A DNA stretch of 64,000 bases, taken from Mayamaea pseudoterrestris (Eukaryota). Location: NCBI GenBank assembly GCA_027923505.1, contig BROI01000001.1, positions 1,240,001 through 1,304,000 on the forward strand, written 5' to 3'. A program made the translations under genes and the position numbers. Positions 49,868-63,169 of this stretch are shown piece after piece. Every line of letters starts with the position of its first letter. Within the stretch, counting starts at the first letter, position 1. A model generated the notes under the pieces. The model had not been told where the DNA came from. It was given only the letters and a program-made list of their open reading frames with translations, and did not search any database.

Positions 49868-52030
49868 GAGTATAATGAGAATGGGAGCAAGCGGTGCTTG
49901 GAAGAAGAAGTGGTCGCGATGGACCACGATAATTGTCAACAACGGCGACGGACGACACCTCGGATCATCTTCAGTACTACACGCGACTATCTTCCTCCTT
50001 TGCATTGAAAAGGCCAACGCACGACCCAAGTTAAGGTTGGGAAATGTTTCCACCCAGTCAATGAAAAGCCTTGGAAGCAATTCGTCCTTGTCAGGGATCA
50101 CATGTATATACTTGAGACTGGTGATATCTGGATGACGGCACATTCGCACCTCCTGATCCGGTTAATGCTGGTGCCTTTACTAGACGCGACGATATATGCT
50201 TCGCGAGCCATTGCCAGCGGCGACAACTTGTTGCGTCTCCGATGATCCATCGTCAGTTAATGCAATGCCCAATAGATTTACATTCCGACTAACAGTAAAC
50301 AGAATTACGAAAACTGTATGTAACTTCCAAAAATTAAAAAAAACTACGCTATAGCCTGCTCTCATCCGTATTCACATCACAATATAAAAGAGCAAGCTGC
50401 TTTCGAGAAGTATTCAGCCGCCCAACTGATGCGGCGTCATTCATCGTCGACAAGATGCTTGTAAACGGTTCGTGAGCGCAATGTCAAAGTCACAGAAATG
50501 CAAAAGGGTGCGCTGTAATAGCAAAAATTGCAGTAGACCATACTTGTCCAGAACGAGACAAGCAAGACGCAAAAATTCAACACCAACAACCATCGCTGAT
50601 GTGACATGAACTTTGTTGTGCGGCTCGTGCCTTGCGTCTCAGTCCAACTGTAGTAGCATTATCGCATGCGAAGGCAACGCGAATGCGATGCTCGCAATGG
50701 GCTAGCAACTGCAGAGTCGCCAACTGTTGATAAGCCGAGCCAAACCGTTAAACGCTTGTCGTTCGCTTGCCATCGCTCTTGGGACACAAAAAGTTTGAAT
50801 GTAATTGAGCTAGCAAGAGTAGGAGCAAGCCCTGGATGATTCGGATAGAATAGGGTACTTAATGTGGGCCGCCTCGCTACCTTGTCCAATGAGCTACGTG
50901 GGTAGCCACATAGGCTTGCATCTTGAGTATAGTGCTCGGACGAGCCCTGCAAAACCTTGCATGAAATGTATCTAGCCTGAGAGGACTTCATGATACTTGT
51001 CTTGAGCATGTAAGCTGGCCACGGGCGAGTGAGCAGTAAGCTCGGCTTGCTGCTTAATGGGCCTTGCATGGTCAAAGAAATATCATTGGTTTCCACTATT
51101 CCATTCAGAATGAACGTGCCGGTCGTTGTCAGAGCAACACCTTGTTGAGTCTCAAGGGAGGCCTCTGCAACGAAACCGACTATCGGTGTTCCTTTCTCGT
51201 TTCTGGTATCAGAAGTGCCAATGGACAGGCTGCTGCGTTCCAGTTCCGGCCGACTGGTAACGACAGACGCGCTGGATGGACACTTGCCGAAGTCTCCTTC
51301 TGGTTAACGATTTTGACCACGCCTGAGAGCTGTACATGCACAATCGCAAGTAAAGTAAAGACCCTTGAGAATGCTGATTGCCGAATGCTGATTGCTAATA
51401 ATGTCGACTCAAAGCTCATCGGTTGACGCTGCCTGACCGCGGAAAGGATGAATGGTCATCACCTTAAAAACGACAGCAAACGTCTTCCTTGACAATTGCC
51501 GACACCAGCAGGCGCTCGTCTAGCTTGCTTGTAAGCAGGCGACAGTCGACATGTAAATTCAGTGGTCAGTGAGAGCCTTTATTCATCCTATCAGTCGCAG
51601 TCTTCCGTTTGGCGCGCCACTTCCTTATAAAATCCCCGCAGATACATTAAAAAAACCGCAGTTCAAACGTGCCCAGCCCATCATATAGTCTGTGATTGGA
51701 TCAAAATGGTCACGTGAGCGAGCGAATAGGCGTTTCTCAAGTGTATTCGCGCCAATGACGAGACTCACCGAGCAAGATTCACAGTGGGAACGTTCACGCA
51801 CGAAAGCAAGGTAATCGCGCGACGCGACAATAATGTTGAAGCAATCTCATATCTTGGCTCTACGGATGACCGCTTGCTGCAACTTGGTTTGGATCATGTT
51901 GTACGCAAAAGACGTGACTTTCCAGAGAGTCGCGGCCATGAAAGCCATTGACTTGAAGAGAAAAGATCATCGCTTGCGAGCCAAAAAATCAGCATTTAGC
52001 ATGCACTAGCAGCCGTAGCAGCAGCAGCTG

Positions 52031-53281
52031 TCACTCTTGCTGTTGTCCATCTTGACCGACGCAATCATCTTGCTCTTTCAACTGTTGATACAACGCCAGC
52101 GCCTGACTCGCCATGGACAAGGCAACGGTTGGAATGGACTCTCGCTCCGCCCTTGTCGTGACGGAATATTGATACAAGACTGGATTTCCACCAGCAAACG
52201 GCGAATGCACCAGTCGACGTTTCTTCTGGCGCAATGGATCATGGTTTTCACTGTCCGGCCGCTTGACGGCGGCGGAAACCCACGACTTTGACGCCATGAT
52301 GAATTCAATGTGCTGCAGCTGCTGCACTTGGTTTGGCAACAATTTTGGCTCGTGGTTGCGCAGAAAATTGGCATATAGGCATCGCTGATTGTGCGCCCAG
52401 CTGGCGAGGTTGCGACCGTCGTGCGTCACGTGCGGATCAATGACAAAGTTGCCGTGTGTTTGAAAGTGCAATTGCAAGCCGTGCAGCATGACGTTGAAGC
52501 GCTCCTCGTCGCTTCTAATGTCAATCAGCGAGCTATTTGGATCAAGATTGACACCAATGGATTGTAACCTATCGATTCTTGCTTCGGAAAGCATGGAGGA
52601 AACATATCTTTGACGCTGATGTTTCAACCAATCCTGCAGACTGTGATTCTCGCAAATGTAGCCCGTCGGCACATTGAAGGAACCGTAGCGCCTACGAAAG
52701 TCTACTAGTCCATTGAACATGCTGCACCATTGCACATCATCAATGGCATCGTTCTGTCCCTGCGCTCCCGTCGGATCCAGTTCGAAACCAATCTCCTGCA
52801 GCTTTTGGATGCGACACGGCAGCAACGCGGGCGACCGGCCGCGAATGCCGTTCAAATAATGCTTGCGGTTGTTGCGGACCCACTCGTACAAGTTCTTGTT
52901 GTTCCAGCGGTAGCCGCGTGGAACGTTGAGTGAGCCGTGGTGGCGTTGTTGAAAGTCGAGCAAGCCCAGCAGCATGCCCATCCAGCGCGCGTCAGAGTCT
53001 GTCGTGTCTTCGGGTGTTGCTGTTTGTGCAGCTGCAGTTGCTGTTGCAGCTGCTGGTCGGGGAAGGATTTGCAAAGTATTTGAAAGTGATTTTTCCTTTA
53101 TCTCAATGTTAGAAGGACTTCTCGATTTCAGTGCTTGACTGTCTGTAACGTTTGTCTCTGTTGCTTCGCCATTCAATTGCTCGTCGTGATCTAACGCTGC
53201 AGCTACAGCTACTACTGGAGGTGCGTTCCCTTCACCATTGACAGCAGCAGTAGGCTCTGCTTCCGTCGAGCTAGTAGACAT
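52031..53281 (-). CDS. Helicase-associated (HA) repeat protein, 3 repeats (start uncertain; ORF is open to 53563)
   Basis: Repeats of W..M...L..F...HG..NVP.GY....L..W...QR......RI..LQ.IGF. Confidence 0.82.
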   Translation of the reverse strand: MSTSSTEAEPTAAVNGEGNAPPVVAVAAALDHDEQLNGEATETNVTDSQALKSRSPSNIEIKEKSLSNTLQILPRPAAATATAAAQTATPEDTTDSDARWMGMLLGLLDFQQRHHGSLNVPRGYRWNNKNLYEWVRNNRKHYLNGIRGRSPALLPCRIQKLQEIGFELDPTGAQGQNDAIDDVQWCSMFNGLVDFRRRYGSFNVPTGYICENHSLQDWLKHQRQRYVSSMLSEARIDRLQSIGVNLDPNSSLIDIRSDEERFNVMLHGLQLHFQTHGNFVIDPHVTHDGRNLASWAHNQRCLYANFLRNHEPKLLPNQVQQLQHIEFIMASKSWVSAAVKRPDSENHDPLRQKKRRLVHSPFAGGNPVLYQYSVTTRAERESIPTVALSMASQALALYQQLKEQDDCVGQDGQQQE

Positions 53282-55004
53282 ACTCCTGGCCGATGCTCTG
53301 CTTATCAAGCTAAAAGAAATTCGCTTGAACGTTGTGAATGGTAGGCAAGTTACTCTACGGAAGGATGGCGACGCGACGGTCATGTGGTCGCTGACCGCAT
53401 CAAATGTCTGGGCGGGAACGCTGCGCCCTTTCTGGTGCGATTCCAATATTGCCCTTCGGGGAATTGACACTTTTGAAAGGCAACAAGGACGCTCAATCTT
53501 GCATTGCCCGCCCATGTCGTTCGACTCCGACTCCCCGTCATTGACACTTACCTCGAGTGACACGATCGAACATCCGCGAGACGCAAAAAAGGTTCAACAT
53601 GATGTGAGAATGGCTTCACAGTACAAATATCCGAATAAGCATGCTCGCACCAAGCATTAGAGCTAATGTAAACTAATACTGTGTAGAACGAGGGTATTGC
53701 TGGCCGAGACTACCGCAAGGCGTGGCTGTTTCGACGAAGGCTACTGCAAACTACCGCAGGAGAGAGCCTTGCGCTTGTGGGGAACCACGCAGTAGCTAGC
53801 GCTTGGTTTGCCTGCGAGCTACTCTATATAAGTGTAGATAGAGCAAAACATATATGTATGTAATAGGCATGATGCGGTAAGACACTCGTGCAGCTGTTGT
53901 ATTGCACGAATCTCAAACTCGACTTACAGTTAGTGCCTCGCATTTGATCAAAGCAGGCAACCAAAACAGCTGGTAAAACCTGCGTTGCCATGCACTGGTT
54001 TATTGACATCGATGCCAGCACTCATTGCATCATATGACTCATCAGCAGGTACGCATTGGCAAGAAGAATTTCGGAGCATTGAGCAAAGCGGTGTTTCTCT
54101 CCGTCTCATGCCCGATCTGCCATGACTCGACACTACTGTATTATTCAACGTCAATTAACTTCTTGGCTACTGCTCTATTCTAGAAAGAGGCGAAACAAAC
54201 CTGCCGCGCAAAAGAATGAGCAGGCGGCGGCGTTTAATGTTTCATTTGGAACAAAATGAAGCTCCCTCACTGGTAGTAGTGGAGATCTATTGCCGGCAGT
54301 TGAAGTTGGCACCAAGTTCCGGTTACACTTTCCGAGATCGAATATTGCTTCACGACCATTGACGTTTCTAGAATATCAAAATGAGTCAATTTAGGAATAT
54401 AAACGTAGATGATAAAATTAAAAACCCTATGTAAATGAAGATGACTGCTATCATGGTTCGGCTTTGCAGTTTGCTTCCCCGCCGATGCAGGAGGTTTGCC
54501 AATAATGAAGGCAGGCTGAGTAGGCGCACACATCACATATTGGCAAAGCTGCACTAAATGCAAAGCAACGACACAAAAACTGCTTTATACCATCTACATA
54601 CTCTGACAAGTCACTCACTCTGATGCTCAGAAACTCCTGTTCAATCGGCTCGCACTTGGACCTTCTCGTCGTCACTCGCGACTACGCACCTGCAAGCCGA
54701 TGAGGTCCAACGAATGTGCACCCTAGCCCGCCAAGACGGAAAGAATCGATTACACAAAGACCGCGAGCCCTTTCGTATCCAGAAGACAAACCTCCTCGAC
54801 GACCTCAACGTTCCTTTCATGGATTGCATCATACGCCGATGGCGTCACTTGTCAGTCATTTTCCTTTACAAGAGTCATTTTCGATCGCCACGAACAACGC
54901 GATCAATCGTCCCCTCCATTCTTCGCGTCAGATCCTGATCCCTCCGATTTGCGACAAGCGTATAAACTACAACTACTACCTCACCTGTCAGCAGACGATC
55001 CATC

Positions 55005-57424
55005 ATGGGACGCATCACTCTTTACTCGGCAGACGATTTGCACTCGGAGCAAGCGAAGAAGGCTCTCGAAACTCGCAATCTGCCGTACTTGGAAATCAAT
55101 CTCCAGCGCTACCCTCAAAAGAAGAAGGATCTTGTCACGCTCGCTGGCACGTTGGCAGTTCCACAAGCCTTTTTCAACACTCGTCTCGTCGGTGACTTGA
55201 AGAGTCTCATGCAGGAACTCAAGGGATGGGACACTTCCACGAAATACAAGTCGCCGCGGGCTCGCTACGACCGAGAGATTGCCAAGTTTCCCGATCCAAT
55301 GAGTCAAAACTTTTTGAAACCAGATACAGACGCCATAATGGCTAAGGAACTTCCGGTGCGCATGCCGGCGTCGCCAGTGAAGCTGCCGGATGGAACGACC
55401 ACGACGGTACGTTTCGAGCATGATAAAGTTTCTCTTGCGAGTGATTTACTTGATGGTTCGAAGCTGTAGATTCGCTGGCATGCTGATGATAATTCATTCA
55501 CTCAATCACTTATTGCATATTGCTCAACTTTCATATTTTACAGGTCAATGACATTACGATGAAGCTTTACAACTCCTTGCCGCGGTTCGATGCAACGATT
55601 GCTCGAACCACCTACGCGAACTGTTTCTCCGGCGAGGACTTGCGCTCGGCCTTTGAGGATAGTGTACGTTTGTATATGACATGAGGCATCGACTTTGGCT
55701 TGTTTGTCACATTTTGACTCACCTAATACATCCCTTGTCTCTTCTCATTCTATATTATATACAGATGGCGCTGTCGGAAAAGGATGCCGACGAGTTTTGC
55801 AACTACTTGGTGGACGCTCGCATCATGCACCACTTGGGAAGCCGGCGCAAGTTTTCCGGTCGAGCGAGTCACATTTATCGGCTGCAGTGCCTCATGGCGC
55901 CAGACGTGCTCAACACGTACTGCTTTTGGACGGCGCCCGTCAACAAGGACATTGTTAGCGTCGTGGAAGTCTTGATGAGGGCGCTGGCAAAGTTGGAACG
56001 TGACGCCTTGGTTCTCAACAATTACAGTGGCAAGGTTGACTATGGCAAAATAAAGTCCAATATTCTCTACAACCCATTCCAGGAAGCCGTTTGCGAGTTG
56101 CAGGAGTCATCCTTGCAAGGACTTGCGCCAAAGGCACGGTTGGCCACGTGCTTGAACATTTTCAACATGATGTTGCGGTTTGCCTTTATTCGTGCCGGCT
56201 TTCCGACGGCGGAAGATGTTCCAGTCTTTCTCAGCTCGATCAAGTTCAAGATTCAGGGGCACGTATTTACGCTGCAGGAGTGGGTCGACGGCGTGTTGCG
56301 AGGCAATCGCAAGTCGGGGCTGTCCACCAAGCTGCCATTCGCGGCAAAGGATCCACGCAAGGACTTGGCGTTTGACGAGTTTGACAATCGTGTACATTTT
56401 GCACTCAGCTGTGGGTTTGGCTTTGGATCCAAGACGTCGTTGCCGTTTGATATGTACACTGGCGACAACATTAACGAGCAGCTCGAGTAAGTGGGTGTGA
56501 ACTGAGTGAATATATAATGGTAATCGTTTGTCGTTTTTGCTGATAACGCTGCTATCTATTCTTGATTGCAGTATTGCTGCCCAAATCTTTGCCGATGACA
56601 ACCACAACATTCTCGTCCGCGACGGAGCCGTTTACGTGCACAACCTCTTTGACTGGTATCGAGCGGACTATCCGACACAGGACAAGGATTTGCTGGCGCA
56701 ACTTACCGGTTTAATGTCGTCTCGGAAGCGGGCAGAGACTCAACATGCTGCGTCGACCACTGGTGTCGTTAAGCTCCAGTACATGAAGCCAAACTGGACT
56801 GAGAATGCACAGAACTTTGATCAGTTTGACAAGAAGGCCATCCTCGGTGATATTAGCGGGTTCCGAGCTGTTCTTCGTCGCTTTAAAGCTCCTCGATACC
56901 CTTCTATGGAGGCACAGCGCTTGGACGCGCTCCAGCAGCTCAACGTCCTTGATACTATTGCAGAGGAACGTTTCGACCGAATTACGAGCATGGTGCAGCG
57001 CGAATTCGACCTTCCCATTGTCCTTGTGAGTCTCGTTGACGAAGAGCGACAGTGGTTCAAGTCGACGCAGTGGAAATGTGATCTTCCCAAGCCAAGCGAA
57101 ACTGGTCGTGACATTTCTTTCTGCGGACATGCGATTCTAGGCAAGCGCGATGAAGTTTTTGTCATTCCGGACGCGACCAAGGACGAGCGTTTTGCTGACA
57201 ATCCACTAGTGACGGGGGACCTCAACTTGCGGTTTTATGCAGGCGTGCCACTCGACGTGCCAACGAGCGCCGCACCGGAAGGCTACGCAAATATTGGCAC
57301 CTTGTGCATCATTGATCAAAAGCCGCGAGTCATGACTGACGAGCAACTCACGAAGCTTCTTGAATTCGCGCAACTGGTGAAGTCCGAGTTGGTGCGACGA
57401 GGCGTAACCGAGATTGATGGATAA
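55005..57424 (+). CDS. Glutaredoxin-like + DEP + DUF547 + GAF protein, copy 2 (4 exons)
   Basis: Same exon structure and nearly the same protein as 37904-40320; frames intact. Confidence 0.88.
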
Positions 57425-57584
57425 GTGACTGGCATAAGACAATGGTCATTTATATGATACCGTAGATGGAAAGCCTGTCATTAAATCAAACATTTAGTAG
57501 TTACTTGCAGTGCATTTGCATACCAACCACTGGGCGGCACGCTTGTCGGACCTCTTTGTCAAAAAATTCTGACAGCAAGAAGGC

Positions 57585-57990
57585 CTTCAGAGCGCCGCTT
57601 GAAGGGTCATCTGCCTAGAAGGTGCAATTGGTGCACCAGTGGAGCATCCAATGAGCACCTGCATGGTCTCAGTGATGGCAAGAAAGAAATTTCTTCTGAG
57701 CGCCAGTTGAAGGGCCATCTGTTTAGAAAACGCCACTGGTGCACCAAAAGGGCATCCTATGAGTACCTGCATAGCCAAACCCTTGTCCCGTATGTTCATT
57801 TGGTGTGGTAAACCCCTCCATGGCATCCAAGTAGCTCAATGAGGGCAAGAAGGAAAACCCTTCTGAGCGCCAGTTGAAGGGGCATCTGCCTAATAGTTGC
57901 CACTGGTGCACCAATAGAGCATCCTATGAGCACCTGCATGGCCAAACCCTTGTCCCATATGTTCATTTGGTGTGGTGAAACCCCTTCAAT
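57585..57990. repeat. Satellite D array, copy 2 (uninterrupted, shorter)
   Basis: Same monomer as 40480-42915. Confidence 0.9.
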
Positions 57991-58548
57991 TGCCCAAACC
58001 AATGAAACTAAGTTGCCATCCAAAGATGAGTGGACAAACTTTTGCTAGTGGTAGCAGTGAATTGTAGTCACACTGGATTGGTGACTGACTTGTGATGTTC
58101 AATAATGTCCAGAAACTTCAACTTTTCGTTTACTATTGACAAGTTCATAGCCACTGTAGCCGACGTTTCGAAAGTACGTTTCCCATGGCCTACTCTACGG
58201 TATCTCGACGAGGTGACGAAAAGTCGTATCGGTACAAATCTGTCGTAACGGTTATGAAGTTCCACGATTGACTGAATCAGTCGGGCGCCGAAGAGGAAAG
58301 AGTCGGCTGGTTTCTTTGTCATAATCGCGCCGCACGAAGTCTTATTAATGAGCTGGCCGTCCAATCCAACGACGACGATAACGAGCTATGCGTATGAATA
58401 AGGCGGCGAATCTTGGTATCAATGTTCCAAGGAGTTCGTATAGCGACTGACTTCGAACTCGGAAGGCGCATGCCGGACGAGGTTTTGCACAGTCTCATTT
58501 TTTTCGAAGAATTGGATCTAGAAATAACACACAAATCTTTTGATCAGC

Positions 58549-59736
58549 ATGAAGTTTCTCGCTGCCTTTCTTGCTACCCTTGCCGTCAGCCAGGCTGCTG
58601 AATCTACCGTTCGCGGAAACGTCGCTCGCAAGCTGCAGCAAAGTAACAACTGCTCCACCTTTGAGGAGGCCATTTGCAGCACCGAGGGCTTTGCGGCCAT
58701 TTGCCTCGCCGTTTCGATTGCTGGGGTCGGAAGCGATTTGAACAAGGGCAACGTCACCGTCTTTGCGCCGACGAATGAAGCCATTCGACAACTGGCGTTG
58801 AACCTTCCGCCGCAAGCCTTGAGCGACATTGACTTGGTCAAGAGCGTCTTGATGTATCACACAGTGCTGGACGAAGCACTCTTCTCCAAGGATATTGAAT
58901 GCGGATCGACATTGACCATGGCGAATGGACAAGATACGGATGTTGTCTGCCAGGGCAGCAACATTTTCATTGAGGGTGAAGGAAACTCCGATAGCGACAT
59001 GCCAAAGGTTGTTGAAACCGACATTGAGTTTTGCAACGGCGTCATTCACCGCATCGACGGAGTTCTTTTGCCCGATATGATGGACGACGCCATGACGCAA
59101 GAGCCTGCCCCTGCCACTGGTGGAGCCATGGACTCACCCACCATGATGCCGTCCATGATGGAGTCAATGACAAGTGCGCCTACAATGATGCCGTCTAAAA
59201 TGGAATCGAGTCCGGACAGTTCCATGAACATGCCTCCATCCATGAAGCCGTCCATGATGGATCAAAGTCCAAGCGCGATGTCATCACCAACCGCCAACGG
59301 CGAGTGCTCCAGCATTGAGGATCTCGCGTGTAGCTCGGATGGATTCAAGACTCTCTGCAAACTGGTCAAGGCATCTGGCTTGGGCGACGCTTCGCCAGGA
59401 GCCTCGGGCAAGTTTACCGTCTTTGCGCCAAACGACAAGGCCTTTGCCGCCGTACCGGACGCGACCCTTGACAGTTTGATGCAGGACAATGATGCCTTGC
59501 AAAATGTCTTGCTATACCATGTGGTGGTTGACGAAACCTTGTACGCCAAGGATTTGGAATGTTCCGAGACGGTGGAAATGGCCAATGACGAGGATACGCG
59601 CACCGTCTGCCGCGGCGAGGCCATTTTCCAAAAGGGATCTGGCAATACGGACGACAACATGCCCATGGTTGTCACGGCGGACATGAAGGCTTGCGACGGT
59701 GTTATTCACGAAATCGACATGGTCTTGCTTCCGTAA
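58549..59736 (+). CDS. Secreted double-fasciclin (FAS1) protein, copy 2
   Basis: Intact paralog of 43885-45069. Confidence 0.93.
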   Translation: MKFLAAFLATLAVSQAAESTVRGNVARKLQQSNNCSTFEEAICSTEGFAAICLAVSIAGVGSDLNKGNVTVFAPTNEAIRQLALNLPPQALSDIDLVKSVLMYHTVLDEALFSKDIECGSTLTMANGQDTDVVCQGSNIFIEGEGNSDSDMPKVVETDIEFCNGVIHRIDGVLLPDMMDDAMTQEPAPATGGAMDSPTMMPSMMESMTSAPTMMPSKMESSPDSSMNMPPSMKPSMMDQSPSAMSSPTANGECSSIEDLACSSDGFKTLCKLVKASGLGDASPGASGKFTVFAPNDKAFAAVPDATLDSLMQDNDALQNVLLYHVVVDETLYAKDLECSETVEMANDEDTRTVCRGEAIFQKGSGNTDDNMPMVVTADMKACDGVIHEIDMVLLP

Positions 59737-61082
59737 ATGATTGTATTCATGCATCTAATAAAGCTGTTGTAGAGTTAGTAACTGAACAAAATAAAAGCCA
59801 AATATACAATACAATATGATTAGCTACAATCCATCTTCTGATCATCGCTAGCGATGTAATATTGCACAGGTCGCGCTCGTTTGCCTGCCATTCAAGTGTC
59901 TTGACAGCGATCGAAAATCGAAAACCACTGTAAGCGCTAACGCTAAATAGATCAATAGAATGGAAATCTACTCGCACGTTGCACACCTGATTAGTGACAA
60001 ATCAAGCTACGTAAAGGATTGGCACTCAGGGATAGCACTACCGTAGCGCAGTGGCGAAAAAGACGTGGACGGATCGGGAATCGCAAAACCAAGGCCACAA
60101 GACGAGCTGCGGCGGTACCAGGAGGTTACATGAACAAGCCGTTCGCCAAATCGAAAGATCCTGCATGCGAAGGCTACCGAAAGCAAGCTTCTTTGACCAT
60201 TGCAATAAAAGATCAAGAACAAGCTGCGAATGCGTGTATGCAATGGATCATGCGATTTATGCATCGCCGAAAATGTGAGGTGCGCCATGACCCGGCTGGC
60301 AAAACAGCTGACCCGCCCGGCGCACTAAGTCGTATCGGTAATCCCAAGCTATGAGCCCGTCCATTTTGGCTAACCATTGTCAACCATGCAAGGCGGTCTT
60401 GCGATTGGCACTACCAAAATATATTCAGTCCTTGTCACTGCGAAGGTTCAGCTATGGTGTGATATTGTATGTAAGTACGAGTAGGTAGACTGCTACTTCC
60501 TTCACGTGAACTACCGGTGGCGCTTGTTATAGTTGCGTGGTCGCGTTCATCGGAGAAACTATGCAACCATGCGAACGGTTGCGTCTCGGAGAAACTGATA
60601 TTGGCGTCAGTCGTCGATGTCAAAGTCAAAAAGGGCAATACGAATCGTTAGATAGGCTGTCTTGGTTCACGCCTATCAATTCCGCTGGCGTCAGATCATG
60701 CAAGGGCCATAGCAACTACGAACACCAACGACGATTGTATGGCTGCGGATGGACCTTGCGTCAAGCTTGGTGGGTTTCCTCCAAGGACCAGCTGGATTCT
60801 CTTGTCAAAATGCCGATAGCACGCGCGTCAATGATTGAGGCAATAATATTCGTTGTTAAGTAGATATAAGATCACGTCAAGGTTACATAGCATACACATT
60901 GAAGTTGGAAACGATTGACACTTTGCTATCAGTACAGCCCGTGAAAATAGAGGTCAGCCGTTCTCCGCAAGAAATTTAAGAGTCCAACTGAATCGAATCG
61001 AAACTTACTCATATGAAACCAGCCGCCGCCACTGATATTAGTATTACAGAGCAGTACAACTACTACTTGATCATTTCTGACC

Positions 61083-63169
61083 ATGGCATCTCCATCGACG
61101 GCGGCAGTCATCAAGAGTGACGTTCATTCGCAGGATAACGACAATAATAGTAATGCCAGACGCAGTCGCGACGAGGAAATACCGTCAGACGAGGAGGAAA
61201 TTGCTCGTGCGAAGCGTCAACGTCGACTCGACTTATCGGGCAGTGAGGACGACGAGCAAGGCAATGACTTAATGAAATCAGGAGCGGAAGCAGCGAATGA
61301 TGGTGACGATGACAATAGTAACGACAAGGACGACGATGAGGAGGAGGAGGGGAACGAGAATATCAACAGCAACAACAACATCAATCACTCCTCGTCAACC
61401 TCTGCCACCAATCTGGGTGATGCCAGTCTAGTCGCACCGTACGGATTGCAGCCGACGAATCCTCCGACGGCTAATGCTACTGCTGCCGGTACTGCGACTG
61501 CTACTTCTGCCGATGACCAAGGTTAGTCCAGTTTATTTGCGCGAAAAATGTGTCAAGATTTTGTTGCTGTTTCGGTCATTATGATTGATTGATTGATGTC
61601 ATCGCTCTCACTGCATCACTCCTCCATCTCTTTCGCCTACTACAATATAAATACACAGCAGCTGCTCTCTCGGCCCTCATTCGCAACCAATTGAGTCCAA
61701 CCGCATTGATGGGAAGTGGCAGTAACGTGAACGGAAGCGCTGGACTGCTCATGGCGCAAATGGAGATGCAGCGTCTCGCGCAGCAGCAGCAATTCACCGG
61801 CATTGTACCTCCGCAGCAGCAGCAGCCAATCTTGCAGCCGCAGTCTCTACCGAATTCCCAGCAGCAGCAGCAGCAGCAGCAGCCAGCCGCTAGTAACAAT
61901 GGCGGCGCTGGAGGTAGCAGCAACAGCAATAATAATTTGAACAGCAACAGCACCATGCAGCAGCTCATTATGAATGCGCAACTACTCCAGCAGCAGCAAC
62001 ATCAGCTGAACGTCTTGTCGGCCCTGCAGGGACGCGGCGGTCTCGTCGTCAATCCGCAATTGCAGCAGCAGCAGCAAATGCAGCAGCTTCAACAGTTGCA
62101 GCAGCAGCAGCAGCCGCAAATGTTGCATGGATTCGCCTTTCAGCAAATGCTCCAGCAGCAAAACCAGTACAGCAGTCTCATGGCGCTGGCGGCGGCGCAG
62201 CAACGTAACGGCGGAAGCAACGCTGCAGCAGCAGGTTTCGGCGTTGGAAATGCAAACAACAATAATGGTATTCCCATGCATCACCATCACCACCCGCAAC
62301 TTGGCATGGCGGCAGCGCAGTCACACACCCAACATAACATGGCAGCCTTGTACGCACCATCGGCTTCCCTCGGACCATCGGCAAACTCGACGCGTCACAT
62401 TGCTCCCATTACCATTGCCAACCATCCCACCGGACAGGGAGCGGCACTGCCGACACTGTTGGCGCAGCCCGACGACAATTTGAAACTCAGTAGCCAGCAA
62501 GTATTTTTGCGTCACCAGATTGAAGCCTTTCGGGCCTGCGAGGATGACATTTTGACGCACACGCGCGGCCGCAACAAGCCCGTGGCCATTGGACAGGTGG
62601 GCATACGCTGTCGGTTCTGCAGTCACTTGCAGGTGGCGCGGCGCCAAAAGGGATCCACCTACTTTCCGGCGAGTTTGAACGGATTGTATCAGGCGGCGCA
62701 GAATATGGTGAGTACAAGCGAGACGTGAAAGTATAGTGTCGAAGGAGAATGCGCGCGCAAGTACTTAAGTTTGACGCAATCTCATCATGTTCACACTGCC
62801 ACTACTACTCTTCACACACAGAACACGTCGCACATGTCATCCGGCATTTGCACCGAAATGCCCTTGGCGGTCAAGCAGGAGTTCCTTCGCTTGTCGACGA
62901 CCAAGGAGCAGGCGTCGGCGGCGGGTCGACCGTACTGGGCCAACGCGGCGGCCGCCTTGGGACTGGTGGACACGGAGGATGGAATTCGCCACATTGACGA
63001 CGTGCGAGCGCGCATCACGGCCATGGGTGGTAGTGTGCCGGCGGTGAGTGTACCAACTTTAGCGGCGGCAGCAGTAAACGCTGGAAATAGTGCTGGTGCC
63101 GTTGGTGCAACCGCGACGACTGGTAGTGTGAATGGTGCTGGAACGGATGCGTCGTCGTCATCCATGTGA
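61083..63169 (+). CDS. Q-rich GQVGIRCxxC-domain protein, copy 2 (3 exons)
   Basis: Paralog of 46370-48453; C-terminal domain essentially identical, low-complexity regions rich in indels. Confidence 0.82.

Noticed and set aside
49900..51700. Possible gene or pseudogene between CWC24 and the HA gene
   Set aside because: Only short ORFs with no recognisable motif and no consistent splice model.
53700..53820. Possible structured ncRNA or tRNA (repeated ACTACCGCA)
   Set aside because: No cloverleaf, T-loop or snoRNA boxes could be supported.
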